A DNA stretch of 64,000 bases from Pseudovirgaria hyperparasitica (Eukaryota). The translations under genes were made by a program, and so were the position numbers. Position 1 is the first letter of the stretch. Each line of letters begins with the position of its first letter. Below, in pieces: positions 38,909-51,573 of the stretch. Location of the stretch: NCBI GenBank assembly GCA_010093815.1, contig ML996570.1. One strand, written 5' to 3'. The notes beneath the pieces are model-generated. The model had not been told where the DNA came from. It worked only from the letters and a program-made list of their open reading frames with translations, and did no database searches.

Positions 38909-41637
38909 ATGGAGAATGGCGGGGTGGATTTGAGCAATAGGCCACCTGACTCCTTCGCCCGCGAATCTTTATGCTTTTCCGGTCCTGAACCTGGTCTTGT
39001 CATCCACAATGGTGACCCGAAGCATCATGAGCAGCAGCAGGAGCTGTTCGCTCACGACGAAAGCCGCGCCATCGAGAATCTGATCAAGTTAAAGGCCCGA
39101 TTACGAAACTTGGCCGGTTCGGACTTCTGGGAGCAGATGACGGAAGGACTGGCCAAGATGATGGGTGCCCAGTATGCCTTTGTTTCCAAGCGTATCGTGA
39201 CCGACGACGAGAACGCTGCTGTTGAGATGCCTCCCATTGGCATGCCTGGATCTTGCCTGATGGGTCTCGCAATCTACATTTCAGACGGTCTGGCAATGGA
39301 GAATCGCATGACAAACTTCAAATACCACGCCTACTCATGCCCCTGTGCATACATGCGTCACGACAAGGTCTTTGTCATTGCAAAACACCTCGAGGAATTC
39401 GTTGTCGGCAACCCAAATGTGCTCCCTCTTCCCGCAGAATCCTATATTGGTATCCCACTCTTCGCCCATGGAAAATGTATAGGCCATTTTGGGGTCATGT
39501 GGGGCCCCAAGGAGTCTCACAAGAGAGGCCTCGGTTGGGCTCATATGGAATTGCTGTTGCATTCTGTCGAAGACATGATTCTGAACCGGATGCTGGAGAA
39601 AAGAGACTTTAGCGAAAATGTCGTCGATGCCATGAAATGCGGCCATTCCAAGGTAATACCTCATGATGCAATCGCTACAGCCACTCAATCACTCAAACCG
39701 TACGCTCGAAGCCTATCGCATGAATTGAGAACACCGATGCAAGGCGTGGTGGGAATGCTTGATGTCATGTACGCCACCGTACAAGATGCCGTTCAAGAAC
39801 ACCGGGACCTCCGTGTGCGCAAGGTCTTTACTGACCTGAAGAAGAACATTGAAGACATTCAAGGTCAGAAACATATTCTATCTAATATTAGGGCCCTCAC
39901 TGATACCTCCCAGATTCATCACGCCGTGCAGTGGAAGCTGCAGACAATGTAGTGCACGCCTATGACATGAATATGGGCGTCCCTGAGACTCCCGCCACTC
40001 CATTCGACGACGACGAGCCACGATCAGCCGTTTTGAATCTGCCAGAGAAGAGGCCAGATATAGTTGTTGCCGGTAACAATATGCATCTCAATCTCAAATC
40101 AAACAAACGAAAGCGGGAACCGACGTCCTGGGACTTTGGACCTGCTCCAAAAGTTCGTGTCCCAGTCTCTCCTCAAAGCTCACGTGGTCGAAACAGCTTC
40201 GACACCCAATATGCAGCCAGTCTGGCCGAGGATGTCAGTGCATCCAGACAATCGCATCACGACGACGCCGAAGCTTATACCAGTCCGAAGAGTGAGCCAA
40301 GGTCGCCTGTCTTCGCCACGGAACGCAACATCGTTCCTGGACTCCGACACACCAATCTTCCCGATGTGCTTCAATACATCATCAATGACTCTCTCAAAAT
40401 AGGTGGCAGACCTGAATCTGCCATCGCAAAAGAAACGGAGAATGGTGAGATCATCGAGGTTCACACGAGGTCACCAGCTGGCGAAGACAAAGTCAAGATC
40501 ATCGAATGGTCGGTAGCCAACAATGTCCCAGATTCCATGTTGATTGATGAGCGAGAGCTGGGCAAGATGATATCTTGTGTTGTTCTCAATGCCATCAAGT
40601 TCACCGAAGAGGGCAAAATCACCATCACGGCCCGTCTCAGTCATCGCAATCGATACATCATCATCAACGTAAAGGACAGTGGCCCAGGCATACCGACCGC
40701 TTTCCACCCAAACCTCTTCAAGGCTTTCTCACGAGAGGACGACTCTCTAACACGACAGAGCGAGGGTCTCGGTCTCGGTCTTCTGGTGGCCAAAGGTCTC
40801 GCCCGTAAACTTGGCGGTGACATCCGCTGTGTACACACAGAGACATACGGGCCTGACAAGGGATCCGACTTCGAGATGCGCGTGCCCTTGACGCCGAGTG
40901 ACGTGTGCAGTAGGCCATGCTCACCGTCAGGCTCTATGAGCCCTGCCACCCGGTCTCGCACTCGCACTCCAGGAGATTCAGATGAGCGTCTGCAGACACC
41001 TGCCTTACCACCTACTACGACCAAAGTCCTCACGGACTTGATACACGAAAGCCGCAACGACTCACACCATCCGAACCCTTCTCAGACCTCCACATCATCT
41101 CCGTCTCTACTCCGATCTCCCCGAATTCCTGCTTCTCCATCCCGCCGGCCAAGCGCACCTCAGATGTCCCGAAGACTCTCCACCAAAAGCACCTCGGGAG
41201 GTAGTCTCGCCAAGCGCCACCCGTTGAACTTTCTCGTTGCCGAAGACAACAAAATAAATCGCAGCATTCTTGTCAGCATGCTTAAAAAGCTTGGCTACTC
41301 GTCAATTAAAGAAGCATACGACGGTGCTGACGCTGTTCGAAAAATGACCGAAGATACTCAAAATGGCCGTCATGTAGATGTCATCCTGATGGATCTTTGG
41401 ATGCCGTTCATGGATGGATATGAAGCCACCGAACGCATCCTCGAGATGGGCAATGGTCCGAAAGACCCCAAACCTCCCACGATTCTCGCTGTTACAGCCG
41501 ACGTTACGGACGGAGCTCTGGAACGCGCTGCTAGGGCGGGCATGAAAGGCTTCATGACGAAGCCCTACAAACTTACTGATCTTGAAAGACTTATCGTTGA
41601 GTACTGCGCACAGCAAACCAACACCGATACCACATGA
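38909..41637 (+). CDS. Hybrid two-component histidine kinase (GAF-like sensor, HisKA, HATPase, receiver); intron 39864-39913
   Basis: H-box SHELRTPMQG, N-box NAIKFT, G1 DSGPGI, G2 GLGLGL; receiver AEDNKIN..LMDLWMPFMDG..KPY; GAF-like YIGIPL. Start codon is the first in-frame ATG. Confidence 0.92.
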
Positions 41638-42079
41638 ACTGACACGCTTATGCATATGTCCTCGCAGACAAGGTGTGCTCGGGGTTTTTATTTCTTCTAT
41701 TTCTGTGTTGTGTGATGAGCACACAAATTACAAATCATATTCATGCATAGCGAGAGGATATGGGCATACCACTAATGGCGTTTACTTGTTCAAAGCACCT
41801 GCCAGGGGCAGAGTCGCATGTCATGTATAGTGTATTTGAACTATGCTAGAGCGCCACCGACATGCGCAAAGACTTAGATAATCAGATGTTAAATTCACGA
41901 TATCAGGGACTTTCAAAAGTGATACGTGCGGTGTGCCTCAGGCAGCAGCTATAGCCGTAGCATTGGCTTGGCGTCCGTGTAATCATCCCCACATTAATGT
42001 AGCTCTCTACGAGTTGCATGCAACCTTTCATCTCAACTTCATATCCTCGCGACAGATGACTGTATCATAGGAACTAACC

Positions 42080-44607
42080 ATGGCAGTAAAAGCATCCCTT
42101 CCTCTCCCACCACCTCCTCCTCCATCATCTGGCTCTCTCGCACCACCACCACCCCCTCTAGATTCATCAGCACCGCCGCCTCCACCAGAGGACATTCCAC
42201 CACCTCCGCCACCAAGCGATGAACCGCTCGGGCCTGCTTTAGGTGTTCGCGGCAGTGTCGGTAGTGTGACTGGATCAATTCCAAGCAGGAAAGTAGCTAA
42301 GCAGCCACCCAGTATCGAGGATTTTCTGAAGAAGAAGAGGGAAGCGGACGCGCTAGCTGCAAAGGTATGCTGCCATCTGAGTACTATGCAAGGTAGTGCT
42401 TCCAGTAAACGTTTAAATGACCTAACTGTCATGTAGCCAAGGTTTATACCCCGAGCTCAACGTGAAAAATACGCGAAGGCCGAAGAACAGCGTCAAGCTG
42501 AAGAGCGAGCGCGAAGGGAAGAGGCAACGCGTTTGGAAAGAGCCAAGTTCATGGCAGAGGCTGGTATGAGTGAAACAGCGAGCAGTACACGTGGGACCAA
42601 TGGAAGCGCGCGACCTGCCATACCTACCGGACCAAGATCACAAAGACAAGAGGCTCCTAGAGGACCTAGCGCGATGCGCAACAGGCCTGGAGAAAAGACA
42701 AACATGCCACCGCCTGGCAAGCAGAGTGCTACTGTCGCGGCACCCACGGATAACAAGAAACGAGCAATAAACCCCGAAGAAGCGGAGAAGGAGTTGATCA
42801 GACAGCGATACATGGGTGTGGACAACAATGTTTCGACTTTCTCGGCGAAAAAGAAGCGAAAGCGGACCACAGAGAAGAAATTCAACTTTGAGTGGAACCC
42901 AGAAGAAGATACCAGCCAGGATTACAACCCTCTGTACCAAGACCGGACGGTGGCATCTTTCTACGGACGAGGTCGATTAGGTGGTTATGCAGATAACGAG
43001 GCCGGTGCTCGTGCGTACACAGATGCTATCAAAAAGCTCAGCAAGAGCGATGAGACAGCACGAATAAATGCAATCATGGACATGGAAAGACGTCAAAGGG
43101 ATGCAGGTGGACGCGGTGTATTGGAGAAGCACTGGAGTGATAAGGAGTTGTCTCAGATGCGCGAACGTGACTGGCGCATCTTCAAGGAAGACTTCAGCAT
43201 CAGCACCAAAGGCGGAACATTACCAAATCCGATGCGGTCATGGGACGAGTCCGATCTGCCCGAAGATGTCCTCGCTATCATCAGACGGGTCGGTTATACC
43301 GATCCTTCGCCAGTACAAAGGGCTTCTATCCCTATTGCTCTGCTCAACCGCGACCTGATCGGAGTTGCTGTCACTGGTTCCGGTAAAACTGCTGCCTTCC
43401 TGCTACCTTTACTAGTCTATATCAAAGATCTGCCTACCTTCAACGACTTCAACCGCAATGACGGGCCGTACGCAGTCATTCTCGCTCCAACTCGTGAGTT
43501 GGCGCAACAGATCGAATCAGAAGCAACAAAATTTGCGTCGCCACTCGGCTTCAAGGCTGTCAGTATCGTTGGTGGTCACTCTATTGAAGAGCAAGCATAC
43601 AACATGCGCGAAGGAGCACATATTCTCATTGCTACGCCTGGTCGTCTCCTAGACTGCATCGAGCGTCGTGTCCTAGTCCTCAGCCAATGTTGCTACGTTA
43701 TTATGGATGAGGCTGATCGCATGGTCGACCAAGGTTTCGAAGAGCCGCTGAACAAGATCCTTAACGCTCTCCCAGTCTCCAACGAGAAGCCCGACAACGA
43801 TGATGCTGAGAATCCGGTGGTAATGAGCCGTCGTCTAGGAGGCAAAGACCGCTACCGCCAGACAATGATGTTTACAGCCACTATGCCAGCAGCTGTCGAG
43901 CGCATCGCAAAGAAATACCTGCGCCGCCCCGCCACAGTAACCATTGGTAACGCCGGCGAAGCAGTCGACACAGTCGAGCAACGTGTCGAGATGATCTCAG
44001 GCGAAGAGAAGCGGAAGAAGCGCCTCGAGGAAATCCTACGCTCGAACCAGTACGCGCCACCAATCATTGTCTTTGTCAACATCAAGCGTAACTGTGACAC
44101 GATCGCGCGTGACATCAAGCACTGGGGATACTCGGCTGTCACACTGCATGGTAACAAGACACAAGAACAGCGTGAGGCGTCTCTGTCTCAGCTGCGTAAT
44201 GGAACTGCAGACATCCTCGTCGCAACCGATCTTGCGGGTCGTGGTATCGACGTGCCGGACGTTAGTCTGGTGGTTAACTTTAACATGACTGGGAGCATCG
44301 AGGCTTATACACATCGTATTGGACGTACGGGTCGTGCAGGGAAGACGGGTACAGCGATTACTTTCTTGGGACACGAGGATGAGGACGTCATGTACGTGCA
44401 CCCCTCATTCTATCTTGCTGTCAGTGGCAGTGCTAACCAAGCCATAGGTACGATCTCAAGTCCATGCTGCAGAAGTCGGACAAGAGCCGCGTTCCGGAGG
44501 AGCTACGCAAGCATCCTGCTGCGCAGCAGAAGAAGACACACGGCCAGAGAAAGGCCGAGAAGACGGAGGAGAATGGTGGCGGACAGCAGCGTGGCAGCGG
44601 GTGGTGA
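42080..44607 (+). CDS. PRP28: Pre-mRNA splicing DEAD-box helicase Prp28; introns 42365-42436, 44392-44447
   Basis: KFNFEW..DTS, HWSDKEL..MRERDWRIFKEDF, TGSGKT, PTRELA, DEAD and HRIGRTGRAG; terminal exon MYDLK..VPEELRKHPAA. Confidence 0.96.
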
Positions 44608-45222
44608 GAGGTGAGAGGTGGAGTGTTCATACTGACTATCGTATCGTCGCAATCAGGATATTACTGCTGTGTGTAGCAAAGCGGACGGCTTTCTTGCAAG
44701 CATCATTTGGGTATTCATGGCACTTTTTATCATATCATGTATCAACAACACTCGTCATCGACGGAGAAACCCTGCTGTCGAGTACGACAGGCAAGATAAT
44801 ACATGACTCATTATGATCCTACCTGAAAAAACATTTCAATCTGCATTCCAAGTAACGCGAGTCAAAGACTCTTTCTTCACTACTCTAATCAATAGTATAG
44901 TCGGAAAGGAAGATAGCAGGCTTAATTATAGTAAATGCGCATTCAATCGTATATGTTCTTGGGTAATTAGTGGCAGCATGCAAGCCCCCTGGAAATTCGC
45001 CCCTTTTTTAGAGGGTGGTCCACCAAAGTTGCAGAATAACATGCGTAATGTGTGCTGTGCTGTGCTGTGATGTGCTGTGCTGTGCTGTGCTGTGAGAGAG
45101 GGAGAGAGAGTAGCCCGCGTAGCTAAGCAATATAATGTCCTTAGTGAGTAAACGTATATATGTTTGTATTTGAGCAACTTACACCCATCTCTCAGCTACA
45201 CACCTACCTGCCTAAGCAATGC

Positions 45223-45310
45223 ACACATTTGAGTAAACTCACACACCTCTTGAGTACTTCACACACCTCTTAAGCAAACCCACATACCTCTTGAGTAACT
45301 CATACACACA
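45223..45310. repeat. Imperfect ~20-21 bp tandem array (ACACACCTCTTGAGTAAACTC-like, 4 copies)
   Basis: Directly visible; preceded by (TGTGC)n and (GA)n at 45050-45110. Confidence 0.85.
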
Positions 45311-45777
45311 CCCGGTAGTAAACCGTCACATACACATATAGGCAACCTGGAAAATGAGTTGAGTTTTCTATCCCCCTTTTCTCTTCTTTGGGTGGTTTTG
45401 CAGAGCTTCTTATACCTATTTTACGTTCTACGTATCTACCATTCTCCGATTGTTGTCGTGATGCTTGGTATAGGTACACTTTTTAGTTCACTGTATAGGA
45501 AGGAAGAAGGACTGGGTAGGGTGTTTGAAAGCAGTAAGATTGGGCTGGTTTACGTATCCTGGGCTGCCCTGCCTACCTGCTTGCCCTATGACTCTACTCT
45601 GACTAAGCAAAGTAGGTGGCGAAATGGAGATTGTTGACGCTGTGGGACATATTCTCAGAATTGCACGTTGGTTGGGGCGGATCCCGATGCCATCCGTATA
45701 AAAAGGGGTATGTGGATGAACACCTTGAGACCATCAACAAAGCAGACCATCCCCAGAAAGTACCCCGCATAAACACA

Positions 45778-47090
45778 TCACTTATACACCAGACCGCTAA
45801 ACTCACCAGCCAAGTAAACCTGTGACTCGACGGGCGATTCCACCATTCGGTTCGTAAGAGAAACTTGACGTTCTACGACCCTATTGCCGTTTTTCCAGTC
45901 GAATACTGTCCCGATGTCTAGCGCACAGGCGATTCGACTGCGCTCGATAGGACCGTGTGATGTGTGCTCGAGGATCATATCCTGGAGCTCGGAGGGGAGC
46001 CCATGAATGAGGGACGGGCGCGCCTTGGTGAGTGTGCATTCGAGGAGCATCTCGAGGCCCCGTGCAGAGACCGTGTATCCGTCTTCTTCAAAGAGGTTTT
46101 CTGGTGCGGAGTAGGCCTCTGAGTCGTCGGAGATGAAGTATCGGACGATCTTGTCCATTGTTAGGATTAGGTAGAAGTTGGCATTACTGGGTGTGCGGGA
46201 GGAATCTCGTTTCAAGGCGTTTCGTTCCGCGAAATTCTGCCGGATCAATGCGATTGCGTGGGGCATGTGCCGTGACACGACAATGGATGTCGAGGGGTAT
46301 CGGATGATGTTCCCTTGTACTGTGGCCCAATGAGGGAGATCGTGGATCCAAAGCAGATGTCCACCGCAGCTCCTACGAGGGCTGTTGATTTCCAGAACAT
46401 TAATGTCCAAAGTGGCAATTTTGAGCACTGCGTTTGCCAGCCGTTTGAAAGTAATATCGTTGTATCGGCTGCAGAGGATGTGCCTCCATTGAAATGCAAA
46501 GTCGGAAAGCATCCGACTCACAAAAGCCTTGTGCCGCTCGAGGTTACGTTTCTCCGTTGTAAGTCGCCGGAAGTTCCAAGTTGGTGCTGTAAACATGGAA
46601 AATATTGTATTCTTTAGAGGTAGTGGTTGCTCATAAGGCTGGAGATCCAGCAGACCGATCTCACGTTGTCGAAGTACACTAAGAGGCACTTGGGAGTTAC
46701 CAGTTTTCTTCTCGCAACGGAGCACACCGGCATCCAGGTCAAAAGTCCAAATTGCGGTGAGATGGATATGGCGTCGATCTTCAAATGGGCGAACGATATC
46801 ATCCTGTTGAAGCCAATCCCAGCAGAAGCCCAGATAGATTGCGCCAAATGTATGTTCTATCACTGTAATGTGAACAACACAGCTACTTTACGACGCAGAC
46901 TCGGGGGACTGACCGTTTGTTGCACCTCGTAGCCTTTTGGACGCTACTTGCAGGAAATCAATGTCGTCTGACCAGCGACGCTGGGAAAAGTAGATAGTGC
47001 CTAGGTTCCAATAAGCGGCTGGTGACTGTGTTGCGCCAGGGGGCGCGAAGCTATGCTACCTTGGTGTACGATGTTGATGAAAATAGACAT
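45778..47090 (-). CDS. Hypothetical fungal protein (~400 aa) with an F-box-like motif near the C-terminus; introns 47001-47059, 46863-46913
   Basis: MSIFINIVHQG exon plus two canonical introns join ORF 45778-46863 in frame; contains LPSELQDMILEH. Confidence 0.75.
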
Positions 47091-47245
47091 GTTGTGATGA
47101 TCATTCGCCTCGACGTTACGGCTATAAATTTGCAGTGAATGAGTCAACGATACGCTAGTTATAGTATGGCGTTGATTCCCGTATAATGAAACGTGATAAT
47201 TAATGTAGTATGAATATCAATTCGTTGATTAATTAAAGTTGCTCT

Positions 47246-47500
47246 TACTAAGAGCGAGAGAGTAGTAGAAGCCTGAGTAAGGCAATTAGGTAGATATGCC
47301 GCTAGACCTAATCCGGAATGGTCGGTGGATACCGCCTGGTCATAGCTTTTAATAGACCTAGCCGTCCAAACCTTTATATTCCTAACTATAAATACTACTA
47401 TATACTTGGGATCTTCCTGCTCTCCTTACATTCTATCGTTTAGATACAACTATCATTACTGTCTTAAGGTAGTCATTATTGCCCTGCCTCTGCCTTGACA
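47246..47500 (+). mobile_element. Putative RIP-degraded solo LTR (~255 bp)
   Basis: Ends in GCCTTGACA, has an internal TATAAATA and is TpA-rich. Flanks GCTCT/TCTCT are a near target-site duplication. The 5' end is degenerate. Confidence 0.4.
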
Positions 47501-47587
47501 TCTCTGTATTTTACCACGGAAAGCGAACTGCCTACCTATAATGGTGCTGGGCCACCTCGCATCTATCGACCTCCGGTATCCTTGAAC

Positions 47588-49379
47588 TCAAGATCGTGGT
47601 GTGAACTTGACCCGGGGACCAGCGACCGGCCTTACAATCAGCCATCCACGAGCCTTCACCTCACCGGAGTCCTCTCGGCTTCTTGATACACTAAATTTCC
47701 GAAGGATCTCAACTAGAGCCGTTTTGATCCACATCTTGCTGAAGTCGCGTCCGGCACAGATCCTTGGCCCTTGCAGGAAAGTCATGTTCTGGTAGTTGCT
47801 CGACGCGCCGCCGTGCTTGTTGGCCCGCTCGATGCCATGCTCGTCAATCGTGATCCACCGGCTTGGATCGAACACGTCGGCCTTGGGGCCCCAGTACTGT
47901 GGATTCCGATTGATCGCTCCGACCCACATGTGGATTGCGGTCCCTGTGGGTACCGTTCGTCCTACGATGCTTATGGGCTTGCATGTCGCCCGGGATGTGT
48001 AGGGCAGGGGAGGGTGGAGTCGTAGAACCTCCTCTACGACTGCATTGAGATATACCATTCGTTCTAGCTCTTCATGCTCAAAGTCTCTACCGGCAACGAC
48101 GTTATCGATCTCGGATATGAGGGTTTCCTGATGGCATAGATTCTCCGCGAGGGTGAGGTATGGATCGCCCATATGATCGCGGCGGTAGTTGTCTCGAGAC
48201 CAGCCATGAGGAACGTGAGGATATGCTCGACCAACTCGTCATCGTCGAGGGTCTGCGTGTCCTCACCGACGGAGCACCCGGCCGATTGTACGATCTGACG
48301 CAAAGCTTGATGAGGCAGCGGCTTGCCCTCTCCATTTTGAAGTTTAGCAGATTCCAGTATCTTCCAGCAGATCCTGCGCAACGCCTTTGCTCTCCGATCC
48401 CGCGCCCGGTTTATGCGCAAAGGGAGCAACTTCATGCATCCGACCGGCAGATACGTAGCCACACTGAGGAACCGCACAGCGCCCTGACTAACATTCAGCG
48501 TCCGCTCCCACAACCTGGTATCCGCATCGTCCCACCGCGATACCAGCGCATCCCAATCATAGCACAGCAAACTCGCACTCGACACATCCAGCACATACCG
48601 CAACGCAAACGGTGTAACATCCATATAATCGCGATCCACACCCACACCCACACCTCCCCTCCCAATCGCACCCGCAAGAAGCCCCGCTTTCCGCCTCACG
48701 ACCGCAAAGTTGCCCCGGACAGACTCGAGCCGGAGATGGGGCAGCATGATGCCGCGCGCTGTGCGATACCGCGCGCCCTCGCTGAGAATCAGACCCCACC
48801 CGAGGAACGGCGCGTCGAGGGCGGCCCATTCGGCGGGTTTGGTGTGGCCGTAGGCATGGGCGGAGAAGACGTCGCGGAGGGCGTCTGGGCTGATGGGCAG
48901 GATGGTGCTGCCTTCAATGAGGCCGTGGGTGTGCAGCGCGTGGGCGGTTGGGTGCTGCTTGAACCAGGCTAAGGGGGTGGTTCCGCGGGGCTCTTCGAGG
49001 AGGAGCTGTGTTGATCGCAGGATGCCGTTCGTCTGTTATATGCGAAAGTCTTTTCGTTAGTTGTGGTTAGAGATGGGGGAGGTAGGCGGAGGTGTATCAT
49101 TTCGTCCGACTTGTGGTGATGACTTACGTATATCGTGGGGAACAGCCTACGGAGTGGATTTCTGAGATAGGGCCAGAGGAGGAGTCGATCGAAAAGGTAC
49201 AACATTACTCCAGATGATAATACTTTAGCCCAGTCGCTCCGGAGAACCTCTAAAGACAATCTGATTGGCTTCGTTGAGGGCATGACGATGCACCATCCGA
49301 CGACCCAGAGCACCGCTGCTATGGTCAGGCATTCAACTAGATATAAAGGTCTTTGCGAGAGAAAGGCCGGAGGTTTCAT
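47588..49379 (-). pseudogene. Cytochrome P450 with a single frameshift at ~48155-48159; intron 49033-49127
   Basis: N-terminal TM anchor, I-helix AGLETT, EVLR, FDPSRW and heme motif FLQGPRICAG. The frame changes after WAIH and no intron explains it. Confidence 0.85.
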
Positions 49380-50028
49380 TTTTTGTCTTCTCTAGGTCGT
49401 ATGTGGAGCCTTCTTTCATCAGGCATGCGCTAAGCAGTGGCAGTTGGAGGATCTATTTGATTATATCAACCAGAGTACCAGCAAGAGCACATAAAACTTG
49501 GATTACCAAGTTCCAATATGAGAATGGCAGGAGGGGTTTATATGACAACGACTCTAGAAAATGTCCGAAAACCCCTCGCATACGGGGAATTAGTAGCAGT
49601 AGCAATTATGCAGTCCTTCCGCCGTAACCGCTATGTCCGCCTTTCAACGGTAGATCTTCTCCACCTGCATGTCATCAGGTTTCGGCTTCCAAAGCCAGCC
49701 ATGTCTGCTCTTCACAGAGGTGTGTGCAGTCGCGTGTGCGGAGATCTTGGTAGTACATAACGGAGATAAACTCGATCGATTCGGGAGATCTGAATCGGAT
49801 CACAAGACAGCACCACCGATTGGCGTGCTGTAGTGCATGAGCGATCGCTGACATATACGCAATGGCTTTGGTCATTACATTTTCTGTCATGTATGGTTAT
49901 GCACAGCCGGCGCTGTGATTCGATGTGCATCTTTGCAAATCCCACCAGTTACCTGCGCCAACGTTGCAGGCGCGTCATGCATTGGAAGAAGTGGAAGATA
50001 AGAAATCGATAGTAATGGGGGCTTTGGG

Positions 50029-50290
50029 GACGTAGGAATTAGCAAGCATTAGTAGGTATTAGCAGGAAATAGCAAGAAATTGCAAGAAATAGCAAGAAAT
50101 AGCAGGAAATAGCAGGAAATAGCAGAAAATGGTAGGAAATAGTAAGAAATACCAAAAATAAGCAGGAAATTATAAGAAATCATAAGAAATTATAAGATAT
50201 TATAAGAAATTACGATAAATTATTATAAATTATAAGAAAAAGTAAGATTTAGTAAGAGTTATAGATTATAAGTATAGAATACTATGTATC
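50029..50290. repeat. Decamer array AGCA(A/G)GAAAT grading into TATAAGAAAT
   Basis: More than 20 visible units; a related array lies at 50745-50865. Confidence 0.9.
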
Positions 50291-50744
50291 TCTTTAATTT
50301 TTAGAGCCATTTTCACCTCTACATAAGATACATAATTTTTGTATCCTATCCTTAGCTCGGACGGTATATACGTAGAGAGTGTTAGTAGTGGCTTCAATGA
50401 TCAAAGGAGAAGGGGCTGGCTCGGCAGAATAGCAGTCTTCATGTAGGCGTAATCGGTATGTAGTCACCATTGCCAAGTAGTTTCATCTCTTATGGAATTT
50501 AATCATGTATAGCTGATGTATTTAGTGTCTGCCTAAGTCCATGTCCTTGTCATTCGTCTCACTGGGTAGCTGAGCCGACCCAAGGATGAGCGCCTATTAC
50601 ATCCGAAACGTGACTTTCGGTAACTGGTGCAGTGTAACATATAGATATAAACGTGTGGCGTGTATATAAGCCCTAGCTAGTTAATAGGATGAATGTATGC
50701 GCGCAGCAGTAACTAGGATCTGGGCAACCGAATGATTTCTCGAA

Positions 50745-50865
50745 TAAGTAGGCATTAGCAGAATCTAGCAGGGAATGGCAAGATTTAGTAGAAATTAGCA
50801 AAATTTCTCGAGAAAGTAGCAAAATTTCTTGAGAAAGTAGTAAAATGTACTATAATTCTATACTA
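50745..50865. repeat. Second related array (TAGCAGAA / AGCAAAATTTCTYGAGAAAGT units)
   Basis: Directly visible, same orientation as the array at 50029-50290. Confidence 0.8.
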
Positions 50866-51131
50866 GACAGCGCTTAGCAGAAGACTGATGACGATATATC
50901 CATGCGTATGGAAATTCATTGCACATTGGCCCAGTATTTCGAAAATGGTTCGAGACACAAAGCAGGCAACTATGCATGACATGGATGCGAATATCGCTGC
51001 GTCTTCACTACTGTCAAAGACCGGGTCGTTGGCTGAGGTATATAAACCAGCCAGATCCATCCGAATTGTGCAAAGGAACAATCAACCTTCAGAAGAACTT
51101 TACATTCATATCCCAGCGAAGTACCAACAAC

Positions 51132-51488
51132 ATGTGTTATACCGCAATAAGATGGCATCGCTGCGGGATTCATACCGCGACAAAGGGGGTTCATTGCCGA
51201 GATGCGACGCTCAACGAAGCCACCGGAAGGCTGAATTCATGCGGGCAGCCTGGGGGCACATATGATGCTGGATTTACCCACCTTCTTTGCGGTAAACCAG
51301 AGTGTCCGCATAACGTGCTAGGCGGATGTTGGACTTGTTGCCAATGTGGAGCAACAGAGAATTACATCAATCCATGCAAAAACTGCGCCCATCAATGCTG
51401 CTGGAACTGCCGACCCATAGGTAAATCTTCTTTTGCTGGATTGAATGTGGAAGCAAGTAACTGATTGATGACAGTTGTCAATGGTTGA
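51132..51488 (+). CDS. Small Cys/His-rich zinc-ribbon-like protein (~100 aa); probable intron 51421-51474
   Basis: MCY..HRCGIH..C and WTCCQC..PCKNCAHQCCWNC; no signal peptide; GTAAAT..CTGAT..CAG intron. Confidence 0.7.
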
Positions 51489-51573
51489 GTGGTAGAAGAC
51501 CTTGCCTGGAAAGGATCGATGGTTTTCAACGTTTCATCTATGTATTTAAGTAATACATAGAGCGAGACAATTT

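Noticed and set aside
45223..45310. CRISPR-like repeats
   Set aside because: No unique spacers, no cas genes, and the DNA is eukaryotic.
48160..48972. 270-aa plus-strand ORF
   Set aside because: Antisense shadow of the P450.
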